Shown here piece after piece: positions 12,503-23,306 of a stretch of 64,000 bases of DNA. The notes beneath the pieces were generated by a model. It was not told the origin of the DNA and did not search any database. It saw only the letters and a program-made list of their open reading frames with translations. Each line of letters begins with the position of its first letter. Position 1 is the stretch's first letter. Source of the DNA: Cyanidioschyzon merolae (lineage: Eukaryota); the NCBI GenBank assembly GCA_000091205.1, contig AP006499.2. The stretch is one strand, 5' to 3'. The translations under genes and the position numbers were made by a program.

Positions 12503-14479
12503 CGGCGGGCAAGGCGACGTGTGCGACCCCTGCCCTGCAGCAGCGCACTCGATGCGCAGCGTGCTTGTGGCAAACCCACGTGAATGCCGCCGCATCGTAA
12601 CGTTAGCGAGCTGTCAGGTTCCTATGATCTGGCATGTGAAGCGCGCATCAACCAAGAGGACGGCGGTAGGGGAGCGAACGTTCCCGCGAGGATCTTGCGT
12701 TCGAGAACGCATCTCCCGGCTCAGATGCTAGAGGCATTTGTAGTTACGGCGCTTCGAGTAAATAGAATTGTTGCGATAGCTGCACTGTTGTACGTGACTT
12801 GCAGATAGATAAAAACGTAGCTGTTCATCATCGACGAAGCGCACAAATTGAGTTGCTGATGTTTTGCACGAGCGCGTCTAATGTTGCAAACTAGTCTCGA
12901 TCGCTTTCGCGCTCATCACGTGTTCGTTTTGCGAAGAGCGACTCTTCACAGCCGTTACCATTCAACGTTGCATGGTTGCTGGTCCATCGATCCATGCTCT
13001 GAACGCTTGCTTTTTTTTCTTTTGGAGGCGCAAAAGCCGTACATCGGGCGACACCGACAGCACGCGCTCTGCGCTTTTGTTGCCCCATTGCTCTCGAGAA
13101 TGCACCCCGAAGATGCACACGAAGGAGCGCTACGAAGAGAACGAAAAGAGCGGCGACTGTTCTTCCTAGACTGCTGGCGCCCGAGCACTTCGTCTCTATA
13201 TTCGCTTTTGTTTCTCAGCGCTTTGAATCTGGCCCTGGGTACGGAAGTGGACTCTAAGCCAAAGTAAACAAGGTACCGACCTGTTGGATGCTGCGAGGTC
13301 GATCCCTCAAAGTACACTTACATTAGAATCAAACGTGATTGGTCCATTCTGCGATCTAGAGCGTACGCACGGAAGCGTTGGTGACATCCCACTGCCGTGA
13401 ACACCAGCTTTTGTGCGATTTTCCTGGGACTGATTCCTGTCCTTCCCTCTGCGCTTCCGCTTCAAAAGCGCCGACCTCAGCATTCACTCCCGCTCCGCCG
13501 CCAGCGGTCGTCGGATATTAACGGCATCGTTCAGGCGATATTTTTGCAGGTACCGGCTGCTGTCAGCGCCCTTCATACACGGGTCGCATAGCGAGTTATG
13601 CTCTGCACGGAACGTTCATATGCATTGTATGCAGTCTCAGTGCATACTTCGTTGCCGTCACATTCGACTCTGAGCACCTCCTCCCCTTGGTGTGCAACAC
13701 CTACGCCTCCGACCACCGCGCTGCGAGACGTAAACGCTTTCTTCATCACTCGGTATATGGTATTGACGGGTACAGGAGACTCGCCTCGTTGCGCACCTCC
13801 GAGCTGTCGCTCGAAGTCGCATCCAACGATCACGGGCCTCTTCTGGGCGATCGTTTCGGCAACCACTCTGCCGGCTACGCATGGAAGCGCAAAATGTTCC
13901 ATTTGATAGAGAATTCGTGGCATACGATGTGGTTGATGATGGAAAAAGCATCGGAAGGCAAATCGAGGTTGGAGATCCAGTCGAGCAATGTCGATGCGTC
14001 TATGCTCTTTTGACGAAAAGCGATGACGCACGCGCCGCTGGAAGCGATCTCTCCAATGATTGTGAAAAAACGAGTCCAAGTCTCTTCTCTATCAGAAAGC
14101 ACGGGATACCCTGGAAACGTGTCCCATGAGAAATATCATGCTGCTCTACATCTAAAAAAGTTCGAAACCCCCGAATTCCAGGAACAGAGAGAAACACTCG
14201 GTGTTCCTTTCTAGTCTTTTACAGGTGCAGCATCCGCTGGAAGCGCAAGTGCTATCGAGCAAAGGAGTCAAGCGCTTTTCCAACGCATTCCTTGCCACCA
14301 GACACGTCCATGGAGCGTTCGGCACGGCGCGGCTCGGCACGGGCGGCACGGCACGGCACCGCTGCTGAAATAGTGCAGCGACGCGTCCCTCGACGGTTGT
14401 AAACTCGGCCCAGCGAACAGTCGTGGCGCCCCGAGTACGCTGTCACTGCACTGAACCTGTACTGGGCAGGCTGCTGTAG

Positions 14480-16210
14480 GTGCGAACCGGATTCGGCAGA
14501 GACTCGAGTTTTGAAGCGATCACATCTATGTTCGACACACCAAGCGCTCACCTGCTGCCGAGCAACCCCGGTTCCACAACTGCTACTATTGGTGCATGGC
14601 GTGCGGAGCAACTCGAGCTGCGCTTCCGCTGGCAGGCACAGCACATGCGTGCCTTCATCACGAACAGCGTCTGGACTTTTAGATGTCCGAGGTTCGGACA
14701 CCCGTTGGGACCTGTGGAACCGTACGCAACTGATCTGCAACGAAGGCTTCACCGGTACTTGAGGCCTGCGTTGCAGCGCGCTACTTGTAGACTTGTGGAG
14801 GACGGCCTGGAAGCGCCCTCTCGCCAGCACGACGGACTTGAAGTAGACTCACGGGCACCGATACGGGTAGCAGTGGTTGCAATGGGCTGTGCGAAGAACA
14901 CCGTCGACGCTGAGGTTTTCCTCGGAGACCTCAGCGCTAAAGGCTTCCAGATTGTATCCGAAAACGAACCCGCTGACGCGATCATCGTAAATACGTGTAC
15001 CTTCATCGACGAGGCCAAGTCCGAGTCGATTTCCGCAATCTTGGAGGCTGCAGCACGGAAAAAGAGCGGCACACGTGCTCTAGTCGTAACAGGATGCATG
15101 GCGCAACGCTATGCTGACGAGCTGGCCAAAGAGATTCCCGAAGTGGACGCTGTGATCGGCTTTGCTGCTTATAACCAACTTGCTGAGCAGATCCAGCGCC
15201 TCGTCAGGAAGCAGCATCGCATGGAGAAGCAGTCGACTGTTCAGGTTGGAGCGGTGGACGTCCCTTTTCGACCAGAGTATCGAAGGCATCGACTCGGTGC
15301 CAGCCATACAGCGTACTTGCGAGTCGCCGAGGGCTGCGACCATCAGTGTGCGTTTTGTGCAATCCCCCAGTGGCGTGGACGTTTTCGCAGCAAACCGTTC
15401 GATCAGCTCGTGGAGGAAGCGCATCATCTTGTTGAGAGACAGGGTGTACGTGAGCTGTGTCTCATCGCAGAGGACACGAACATGTACGGCATGGACCGGG
15501 GTCCCGAGACGCCCCGACTAGCCGAACTGCTTCGATATTTCCAGAGAGAACTCGTTCCCCGGGGTCTCGTCTGGATTCGACTCCTCTACTGCTATCCATC
15601 GTATTTTTCTGATGACCTTATTGCGGCCATTGCGGAATGTCCAGCAGTGGTGCGGTGTATCGATATTCCGCTCCAGCATGCAAGTGACGCCGTGTTGCAG
15701 CGCATGCGTCGACCGCTGATGTCGCATACAAGTGCGCTGCTGAACAAGCTGCGACAGCGCATTCCAAACCTCAAACTGCGCTCGACGTTTATTAGCGGGA
15801 CCCCGGGGGAAACCGCCCGCGATCATCAACAGCTGGTCCGGTTTATCCAAGAAATGCGCTTTGCCCGAGCGGGTTTCTTTTCCTACTCAGCAGAAGAGCG
15901 TACGCCCATGGCTGAAATGGAGGATCAAGTGCCGCCACAGGTCCAGGAACGTCGCCGCGACCAACTATTTAGTCTGCAACAAACCATTCAGGAGCAAATC
16001 GCCGAATCCCTCATCGGAACCGAAATCGACATCCTCATCGATCGCAGCGAAGGCGGTCATCTGGTAGGCCGCACTTTTATGGACGCTCCGGATATCGATG
16101 CTGTGGCCTATGTCCTGCAGAATGACTGGGAGCCCGGTTCATTGGTTCGGGCGCGCGTTGTGAGCACCAGCGGCTGGGACCTTCTCTGTGTGGCATGTCC
16201 ACTGCCCTGA
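14480..16210 (+). CDS. Radical-SAM methylthiotransferase of the RimO/MiaB family with an N-terminal, presumably organelle-targeting, extension
   Basis: MTTase N-domain (VVAMGCAKNTVDAE..), radical-SAM CxxxCxxC (EGCDHQCAFCAIP), and a C-terminal TRAM-like region. About 100 aa precede the conserved core. The annotated start is GTG; the first in-frame ATG is near 14528. Confidence 0.7.
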   Translation: MRTGFGRDSSFEAITSMFDTPSAHLLPSNPGSTTATIGAWRAEQLELRFRWQAQHMRAFITNSVWTFRCPRFGHPLGPVEPYATDLQRRLHRYLRPALQRATCRLVEDGLEAPSRQHDGLEVDSRAPIRVAVVAMGCAKNTVDAEVFLGDLSAKGFQIVSENEPADAIIVNTCTFIDEAKSESISAILEAAARKKSGTRALVVTGCMAQRYADELAKEIPEVDAVIGFAAYNQLAEQIQRLVRKQHRMEKQSTVQVGAVDVPFRPEYRRHRLGASHTAYLRVAEGCDHQCAFCAIPQWRGRFRSKPFDQLVEEAHHLVERQGVRELCLIAEDTNMYGMDRGPETPRLAELLRYFQRELVPRGLVWIRLLYCYPSYFSDDLIAAIAECPAVVRCIDIPLQHASDAVLQRMRRPLMSHTSALLNKLRQRIPNLKLRSTFISGTPGETARDHQQLVRFIQEMRFARAGFFSYSAEERTPMAEMEDQVPPQVQERRRDQLFSLQQTIQEQIAESLIGTEIDILIDRSEGGHLVGRTFMDAPDIDAVAYVLQNDWEPGSLVRARVVSTSGWDLLCVACPLP

Positions 16211-17002
16211 AGACCCGACAGACTGCGCAACCTCGCAATTCGCGAAACGTTGACCATAGCCATGGATCCGAGCGTAGCCTTTCAATGCTGGACGCAGACT
16301 CGACATCGCGATGCAGCCTCATCGGGCGGATTCCTCTATATATGGATTGAAGGATCGAGTGCATGGTATTGGATCTCGAAGGTCACGCGCAGTGATGCGG
16401 GATGTTTGCGGCACGATGCATGTCGTTGATGTGTGCGCGCATCGCAGCTGGTGGACGCATCTGCCGCAGCGCTGGACAGGGCGCGATGCGTGTCCCTGCG
16501 TTTCAGGTCGGATGCGTGCTGGACACGTGTCCCGAGATGTGATGGCGTTCGTGCCCTGCACGATATGCGACGATGCAAGGCATGACGACCGCGCATTGGT
16601 GTTCTTCATGGAGCGCGCCGATCAGGATGCGTCGCTGCAGCTCTGTGCGTTTTTGCCGCTGCCGCAAACGCTACCGGGCTATGCAATCTATCGAGCCTTC
16701 AGTTGGGTCGATACGCAATCGAACGGAGGTCGTTGCGGATGATCATCGGCATCCGGGTGGTGCCTACCAGGCGAGAGCGCTGGAGGCACGCTTGAACGGG
16801 TGCGGTCGCTGAGGCCAATTGCCGTACGCCAGGGAAGGTGTAGGCTCGATGACACATCGTGCTGCGCTCTTAAATGCCCTGTGATGTAATGTTTCGTTTA
16901 CTGGACTATTCTTTGAGTCTATGTGGTGCACCACAATCAGTAACATTGATGCGAAGACGCGGCGTCTTTGTGCAGGATGCGAAGACAACAACGTTGGCGA
17001 CG

Positions 17003-19141
17003 TTACCAGTGCTCTGCTGCGATGTCGTCCAATGCGCTCGGGTTCAGGTCGATGAGGGCGGCATCGACGCCCTCGGGAACTCGTGTCGAGAGAATCTGCA
17101 AGAGTGTCGACTCGACGTTGCCGATTTCGTAGCGACCGAGTTCGTAAATATGAGCGAATCCTACCGACAAAAACATCATCAGGCCCAGAAGAAGCGTGCT
17201 AATGGCAGCCCTACTTGATAGGTTTTCGGCAAAACTGGAGATCCATGCCATGGCCGGGACTAGTTGGAGCTCTCGCTCGCCCGAATACAGTTCCTTTTCA
17301 TATTCACTGAGCGGGCGTGGCATTGGGGCGGCTCGCAACCACTCCGGGGGTACCGCGGACGCGCTATCACCTCCACCAGTGTTCTCTGTAGATGGTGAAC
17401 TCACTACCGTCGAGCGTAGTGGTGGTCCCAGATTCCATCCAAAGACGTACTGGCCCACGAGACGATCCTCTTCGTAACGTTTTTCAAACCATTTCTGAAA
17501 CGCGCGAACGTCCTCCTCGTTGCGGCGCTCGGCCCAACGTCGAACGCGATCGAGATCATCGCGGCTGCGTTCGGTGATGGCCGCGCGGGCTTGCCGATCC
17601 ATTCGAGTGCGCTCTGCGATGAACGTCAGCACGGTACGCAGGTCCTCCTCCGACCGCCTGTCGATGAGTTTCCGGAGCATCAACAGACGTTCCCCAATGG
17701 TCTCTCGTCGCCGTTCCCGCGTTTCGGGATCACTCCGGTTCGATCGGTACACGTTCCATTCGGGTGCCGGGCTAATGTGGCCCAGTCGCTGCTCCATGTC
17801 GGCCCAGGCCTTTAACATGGGGTCCGTCCTCTTTGCGCCCTCGAGTTCGGAGCGGACACGCCGAACATCATCCACTCTGCCGCCTGCTGCGAGGATACCA
17901 CGCTCGAAGACCTTCCGCGCCTCCTCGTGGTTTCCCAGTCGATCCTCCATTGTTGCCCAAGCATGGTACACGGGAACGTGCGATGGCCACAACTCAGCCG
18001 CCCTCTGGAAGAGATTACGCGCTCTTTCGTAGTGACCTTGTCGGGCCTCGGCAATGCCGTAGGCCTGCAGCGTCGGCACCGACACCGGATCCAACCGGAG
18101 TGCTTGTTCAAATTTGGCTGCCGCGTGCTCCCAGTCGCCTTGTTTACTGAGCGCAATGCCGTACGCCTGCCACGATGGCACATGGCTCGGGTTCGACTCC
18201 ACCGCTCGTTCGAAATACGCGCATGCTTCCACGCTCGCACCATTGCGCAGATGAAACATTCCAAAAGCCTGCAGCAGAAAAACGTTCCTCGGATCACGAG
18301 CGAGGCCGGCCTCGAACAACTCCTGCGCACGCTCGCTGTGACCGGTACGCTCCTCCAGCAACGCATACGCTTGCCATATGACGCCGTCAGAAGGATCTAT
18401 TTTGAGTGCCTTGTCTAAAAGCGACCTAGCCGCGTCAGTATTCTGCATACAACGCGCTTCGAACATAGCAAAAGCGTGCGCAAGCCTTGTATTCGTACAG
18501 TTGACCTGCAGGGCGGCTGCAAAGGTGGCTCGCGCTTTTTCCAAGTCCCGCAGCCGGTACGCATACAGCTGCGCGAGTAGCAACCACGCTCTTCCGTTCG
18601 TTGGCTCACGGTCGACGAGCGCGCGCAGCAGACGCTCTGCTGTGGGCCAGTTCCGACGGCGAATCTCGCGACGAACGTCCCGTATCACGGCCTCTGCGTC
18701 CTCTCTTGCTTGTTGAGCAAGTGCTTGTTGGCGACGCGCACGTCCTGGTTTCCGTGGTCGCTCCACAGTTGCTGTCGCCTCAGGGTGCGCACTCAGCACC
18801 GCCGCGGTAGCGCCAAAGTCGTCGCTCGCCAACGCAGTCGAGCTAGACGCAACCGGCTTTACAGAGGACCCAAAGTTTCTACTTCGAGACAGGTCAGGAC
18901 CGGAATCCTCGTCAGCTGTTGGTACGTTATGTGGTCGCGTTACGGTGACTGGGTTCACATGCGGCGCGCTCACCGCTTCCTCGGCGCGTAGCGTAACGCA
19001 AGCGCGCTTGCTCCGTTCCCAAAACGGATGCCTGGTGCGGCCTGAGCACACCTCCCCAGTTCCAGGCGCTTTTAAGCGAGACAGCTTCGCCCTCGATATA
19101 AGCGAGCCTACGCCCCATCCTAGACCGATACTCGTGAACAT
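17003..19141 (-). CDS. HAT/TPR-repeat protein resembling the plastid RNA-maturation factors HCF107/Mbb1, with a C-terminal charged region and predicted TM helix
   Basis: About 9 tandem HAT-like repeats (e.g. VIWQAYALLEERTGHSERAQELFEAGL, PSWQAYGIALSKQGDWEHAAAKFEQAL, PVYHAWATMEDRLGNHEEARKVFERGI). ATG confirmed (cat at 19139-19141). A C-terminal hydrophobic helix AISTLLLGLMMFLSVGFAHIY is present. Confidence 0.6.
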   Translation of the reverse strand: MFTSIGLGWGVGSLISRAKLSRLKAPGTGEVCSGRTRHPFWERSKRACVTLRAEEAVSAPHVNPVTVTRPHNVPTADEDSGPDLSRSRNFGSSVKPVASSSTALASDDFGATAAVLSAHPEATATVERPRKPGRARRQQALAQQAREDAEAVIRDVRREIRRRNWPTAERLLRALVDREPTNGRAWLLLAQLYAYRLRDLEKARATFAAALQVNCTNTRLAHAFAMFEARCMQNTDAARSLLDKALKIDPSDGVIWQAYALLEERTGHSERAQELFEAGLARDPRNVFLLQAFGMFHLRNGASVEACAYFERAVESNPSHVPSWQAYGIALSKQGDWEHAAAKFEQALRLDPVSVPTLQAYGIAEARQGHYERARNLFQRAAELWPSHVPVYHAWATMEDRLGNHEEARKVFERGILAAGGRVDDVRRVRSELEGAKRTDPMLKAWADMEQRLGHISPAPEWNVYRSNRSDPETRERRRETIGERLLMLRKLIDRRSEEDLRTVLTFIAERTRMDRQARAAITERSRDDLDRVRRWAERRNEEDVRAFQKWFEKRYEEDRLVGQYVFGWNLGPPLRSTVVSSPSTENTGGGDSASAVPPEWLRAAPMPRPLSEYEKELYSGERELQLVPAMAWISSFAENLSSRAAISTLLLGLMMFLSVGFAHIYELGRYEIGNVESTLLQILSTRVPEGVDAALIDLNPSALDDIAAEHW

Positions 19142-19760
19142 GGTCCCGCACGAGTCGGAGCGCAGCGTTAACCGAACGATTTTTCACGCCTGTCGAATGA
19201 TCATGCTTCGCGAAATCGGAGCTCGCGTGCAGCACCGGGGACCACCCGGTGAAACGATACATTTTAGGACAGAATAGCATTTAGCTGTCACGCGCGGCCA
19301 CCGCCATAACTGCATCTACTGCTACCAACGCTGCACCGTTACCGAAACGCATCGACGCTTGCCCTGAGCAACAGCCGCCTCGGTATGCACCGTGCGCTGC
19401 CAGCGCACTATCCGTTGAGGGTCCCGCTGCGTCTGCTGGTGACGATATGAGTGCGTCCTCTATTCCTGATGATGTCGATGCGCAGAGCACGGGCTCCTTC
19501 TCTTCCGCGGAGGTGTTGACGAGAGCGTCCTCGACACGGCGACGGCTATCGTCGCCGCGGCTCTCTCAACTCGGAGGCGAAGGCACTTTTCGAGATGATC
19601 CGTTCGCCACCACTGGACTTGGTGCCGCCCTGCGTGGCAGACCGCCAACGGTCTCAGTCGATCGAGCTGGAATCCAGAGTTTACCGTTCCGCTGACCGCT
19701 GCGGAGACGGATCTGACGGCGAAGGACTCCGTACCTGCCGAAAGTCTGGATCCGGATAGG

Positions 19761-20927
19761 ATGGGTTGTACTTGCGGGGAAGCTCACTCGCTCGACAGAA
19801 AACGATTGCAGTGTGCAATTCGAACTTGCACTCGTCGGGGCGCCAAGACAGGGCGTTCAGAGCAAGCGAAACAGGTAGAGTTACCAGGCACGCAATTCCC
19901 GGATTCGGTTAAGGACTGGTGTCGTCCGTACCGCGAACCAGAATTCTCCCTAGACGATACCCGGGTGTACACGCGGCCGCACGGGAATCCCGAGGTGGGG
20001 TGTTATTTTCGGCGTGTCGATTACGTCGCCCTCGATCCGCAGGTCGCCCGCTCGGGACGCGTCTGGCAGTTTGTGCAGTGCCTTCGCTCCCATGCGTGTT
20101 ATTCGACAAGAGATGAGGTTGCCTCGTTCGTGGTGGTGGGCATCCTCTGTGACTGTCTTCGACAGCCGCGGGCACGACTCAATGACATGGGCGCCTTGAT
20201 GGGTACCGACCTCGGCTCCATGGCGTCCGCACAACGCTTCGGCAACGGACGTGCCCGTTTCTGCACAGATGCCGTGCCTGATGCAGTCGCCAGTCTCGCA
20301 GATGGTCGTGACGCTAACGCACCTGCAGCGAATCGAGAAACGGATACCAGTGCACCAAGCGGGAACGGCATGCTCGCCCGAGGGCGTGCATCGCCGGCTC
20401 GGCGAAGTGCTTCGTCAGCTTCACTGGATCCTGCACAACGGAACCCGGAGTGCTGCCAACAGTGCATCCCTGGCGCCAGTACCGCTGCATTCACGTCGGT
20501 CGGTCGCCCCGGCGAGTTATTGACTGTGAGCACCAAAACCTCAGTTCGCAGCAGGAACGGTGCAGGGCATCGCGCGAGCGTTTCCCCAACAAATAGCGCA
20601 TACGCTAAGCATGGGTCACCGGACCCCGACGAGAATCACGATCATCATACGGGTCAATTTCGGCTTCTACACGAGGTCTCATCCTTGTCACCGGCACCAA
20701 CTGTGGGATTTCTCGTGGGTGACTCGGCGCCGCGCCCTTTGCGTATGATTAGTGACCTGCTGGAAAAACTTGTCACAGAGGGCCGTTGGGTCGCAGCGCT
20801 CATGCTTGTTTCTGGGGCATTTATTATGAGCTGTGGCCTTGTGGCCTTGATTCTGGCGCTTCTATTACGTAGCCTCTATGTGACGCTTTTTCTGAAGCAA
20901 AAACATCCACTGGGCTTCTTGTCATGA
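19761..20927 (+). CDS. Hypothetical protein with a C-terminal tail-anchor-like TM segment and N-terminal MGC motif
   Basis: 388-aa ORF with a low-complexity middle. The C-terminus has AALMLVSGAFIMSCGLVALILALLL. I recognise no family. Confidence 0.3.
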   Translation: MGCTCGEAHSLDRKRLQCAIRTCTRRGAKTGRSEQAKQVELPGTQFPDSVKDWCRPYREPEFSLDDTRVYTRPHGNPEVGCYFRRVDYVALDPQVARSGRVWQFVQCLRSHACYSTRDEVASFVVVGILCDCLRQPRARLNDMGALMGTDLGSMASAQRFGNGRARFCTDAVPDAVASLADGRDANAPAANRETDTSAPSGNGMLARGRASPARRSASSASLDPAQRNPECCQQCIPGASTAAFTSVGRPGELLTVSTKTSVRSRNGAGHRASVSPTNSAYAKHGSPDPDENHDHHTGQFRLLHEVSSLSPAPTVGFLVGDSAPRPLRMISDLLEKLVTEGRWVAALMLVSGAFIMSCGLVALILALLLRSLYVTLFLKQKHPLGFLS

Positions 20928-21144
20928 GCGAGTCCGCTGATTACCGGGTTTCAAGTCCCTAAAACACTACTGACGCGTCGATCGCTTGCCAGATATACGC
21001 ACCTGGAACGAACGAACGCAAGTGATCAGCCGCAATCATCCAGCGCATTCTGGATGAAACCTGGCGCCTGCACCTCGACAGCGACAACATGTTACACCGC
21101 GGGATATGTACACCGAAAGGCGCGCTCGGGTTCGCGGAAGCATC

Positions 21145-21900
21145 CTATCCGATTGCTCTTCGAGAGCGAGCCGGGTCCACGGATGGATACGTGGCCGTCC
21201 AGGTCCAGTCTGCGGCAGCATCGATTGCGGTTCCGTCGGTATCCAGTTTGTCTCGCGTTCCTGCCGTCATTCGATCCGCGATCTTGCAGCGGCTGGGTGC
21301 GTCTTCAAGCGATGGCGCTGGGGCCCGCCACGCCTGCTCGATCGCGTCACACACGCCTTCAGCCGTCGACTCGCACCGTACACCGCCATGATGCAGGAAA
21401 TGTGCATTGATCATCTTTAGGGATGCCGCCGCCCGCATCCACTCCACAATGGGTTCCCAGTAGCCGTCAACGTCAAATAGCACGATGGGTTTATTGTGGA
21501 ATCCGAGCTGACGCCATGACAAGACCTCGGCGAGCTCCTCGAGGGTCCCGAGGCCCCCGGGCAGCGCCACGAACGCATCTGAATCGAGGTAGAGGCCACG
21601 TTTGCGCTCCGCCATGTTTGTGACGGTGCGCACGGATGGCAGTTCCGGATGACAGTTATGGACACGAAAGATATCGAGTATGACGGCATCGACGCGACCA
21701 CCAACGGACAGCGCACCTTCGGTGAGTTTCCCCATAAGGCCAAAGCGGCCGCCACCGTTGCGCTGCGACCAACCGCGCTTCGCAATCGCGACACCTAGCT
21801 CGAATGCTGCCTGTTGGTAGTGTTCAGGGGCATTCGCAGACGACGACGCGTAACACGTTACAACGGGAGTGTCTCTGGGGGCGTCGGGGTTGCCCGCCAT
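21145..21900 (-). CDS. LOG-family protein (cytokinin riboside 5'-monophosphate phosphoribohydrolase / 'lysine decarboxylase-like')
   Basis: PGGxGTxxE motif (LPGGLGTLEELAEV) and GRVDAVILD...KPIVLFDVDGYWEP. The start is taken at the internal ATG (MAGNPDAP, cat at 21898-21900). The ORF-track start at 22107 lies upstream in the divergent intergenic region. Confidence 0.7.
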   Translation of the reverse strand: MAGNPDAPRDTPVVTCYASSSANAPEHYQQAAFELGVAIAKRGWSQRNGGGRFGLMGKLTEGALSVGGRVDAVILDIFRVHNCHPELPSVRTVTNMAERKRGLYLDSDAFVALPGGLGTLEELAEVLSWRQLGFHNKPIVLFDVDGYWEPIVEWMRAAASLKMINAHFLHHGGVRCESTAEGVCDAIEQAWRAPAPSLEDAPSRCKIADRMTAGTRDKLDTDGTAIDAAADWTWTATYPSVDPARSRRAIG

Positions 21901-22442
21901 GACGAAAAAAAAAGATCGCCAAGCGCGACCCTCTTTTGTTCCCGTAAAGCGAGCACTATCGACGCCGATACCTGTCGCTTGGACCCAGAACGGCTTTTCG
22001 AAAAGCCAGTGTATACATGCGGCCTTTCGGACCGTCCAAACACAGAAGCTTTCGCACTTGGAAGCGCGTTCAGGGATACAGGCGTACGGGAGTGTGCGCG
22101 CGCGCATCTTCGCCGGATACGCGCCTTTAACGATCCGTCATGAAAAACGGGCCAAAAGTGGTTGGTATAGTATAAAAAGAATATTTAGGGATGAAGTGGC
22201 CATAGAGCATGGATGACGGGTGTGTCGTTTGCGTGTGGCGCACGCGCGCATCGATCACGGAATGATCGCCATACCACCTCAATGCATAACTCGATCCATA
22301 TGCACGACTTGCTTTTCGCTGACTTGCAGACTCGGTGTGTCTCACCGGCACTCTCGAACAGAATAACACTTGCTTGAGGGTCACGCTTCTTCTGGTGTGG
22401 AGTTCGAGCTCCGTCATACGCGCCCTGGTCGAAGCAGTGTGA

Positions 22443-23306
22443 TTGACCGGAACTCGTGCAGCTCGTCAGCAATACCTGCACCCTGGGAGCATGTTTCAAG
22501 TCGTGCCAGCGATTCAGCGCCAAGTGCCTGGCCACCAAAGCGGCTACTCCTGGGCAACACGGCTCGAGGCGAGGCGCCGCCGCCAGCTTCGTGCTGGCCG
22601 TTTCACCATGCTGTGGCCGTTCGGTGCGCTGGAGAAGCGCCGGCGCGCGTTTGCCGAGCTCTTCACCAACCCGAACTTCCCGCCAAGCTGGCCGTACACT
22701 GCGTCCGATTTTGAGCGTCTCGATGAATCGCCGGATGAGTTGTTTTACACACAGCCGCGATTCGTGACCCATATTGATGACGACGCAATCGCTGCGCTCA
22801 AGTCGTTCTACGGGGAAACACTGCGTGATGGAACCGATCTGCTCGACTTGTGTTCGTCATGGATTTCGCACTTACCGGAGCAGTATCGACCACGCCAGGT
22901 CGTTGGGCTCGGGTTAAACGATCTTGAATTGAAAAAGAACACTCGAATGGACCGGTGGGTGGTTCAGAACCTGAACGAGAACCCGGTATTTCCGTTTGCG
23001 GATGATTCGTTTGATTACGTCACATGCGTGGTATCCGTCGACTACCTGACCAAGCCGTTACAAGTATTTCGCGAAATACGACGGGTACTTCGTCCCGGAG
23101 GAATGGCCATCATTGCCCAGTCAAATCGATGTTTTATGCAGAAAGTGATTGCGATCTGGCTTTCCACGAATGACCTGGAGCACGCTTATATCATAGGATC
23201 CTATTTTCATTACGCCGGTGGTTTTGAGAACTTGCTTGCACGCGACATTTCACGGGGACGTGGCGACCCCATGTTCGTGGTCACCGCTACGAAGCAGAGG
23301 ACATAG
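22443..23306 (+). CDS. Class I SAM-dependent methyltransferase (Methyltransf_11-like)
   Basis: Motif I-like VVGLGLNDLEL and post-II/III region DDSFDYVTCVVSVDYLTKPLQVFREIRRVLRPGGMAIIA. The annotated start is TTG; the true ATG is probably near 22491 or later. Confidence 0.55.
   Translation: MTGTRAARQQYLHPGSMFQVVPAIQRQVPGHQSGYSWATRLEARRRRQLRAGRFTMLWPFGALEKRRRAFAELFTNPNFPPSWPYTASDFERLDESPDELFYTQPRFVTHIDDDAIAALKSFYGETLRDGTDLLDLCSSWISHLPEQYRPRQVVGLGLNDLELKKNTRMDRWVVQNLNENPVFPFADDSFDYVTCVVSVDYLTKPLQVFREIRRVLRPGGMAIIAQSNRCFMQKVIAIWLSTNDLEHAYIIGSYFHYAGGFENLLARDISRGRGDPMFVVTATKQRT

Noticed and set aside
17520-18032. 170-aa Arg/Ser-rich ORF, and many similar 60-190-aa ORFs (e.g. 3172-3402, 5009-5530, 6119-6718, 33162-33446, 48436-49137), lying antisense or out of frame within the large genes
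   Set aside because: In roughly 60 % GC DNA stop codons are rare, so long spurious ORFs appear on every strand. These have low-complexity Arg/Ala/Ser/Pro-rich translations, no motifs, and overlap well-supported genes.
18180-18210. tRNA-like T-arm motif GGGTTCGACTCC
   Set aside because: It lies inside the HAT-repeat CDS and has no acceptor, D-arm or anticodon-arm context. I could not find a convincing cloverleaf here or at other GTTCGA sites by eye; a tRNAscan-type search would settle it.
21901-22107. Upstream extension of the LOG-family ORF (MRARTLPYACIPERASKCESF...) included in the ORF track
   Set aside because: The extension has no LOG homology and overlaps the 336-bp divergent promoter region with the methyltransferase gene. 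The internal ATG at 21900 (MAGNPDAP) gives a normal-length LOG protein.
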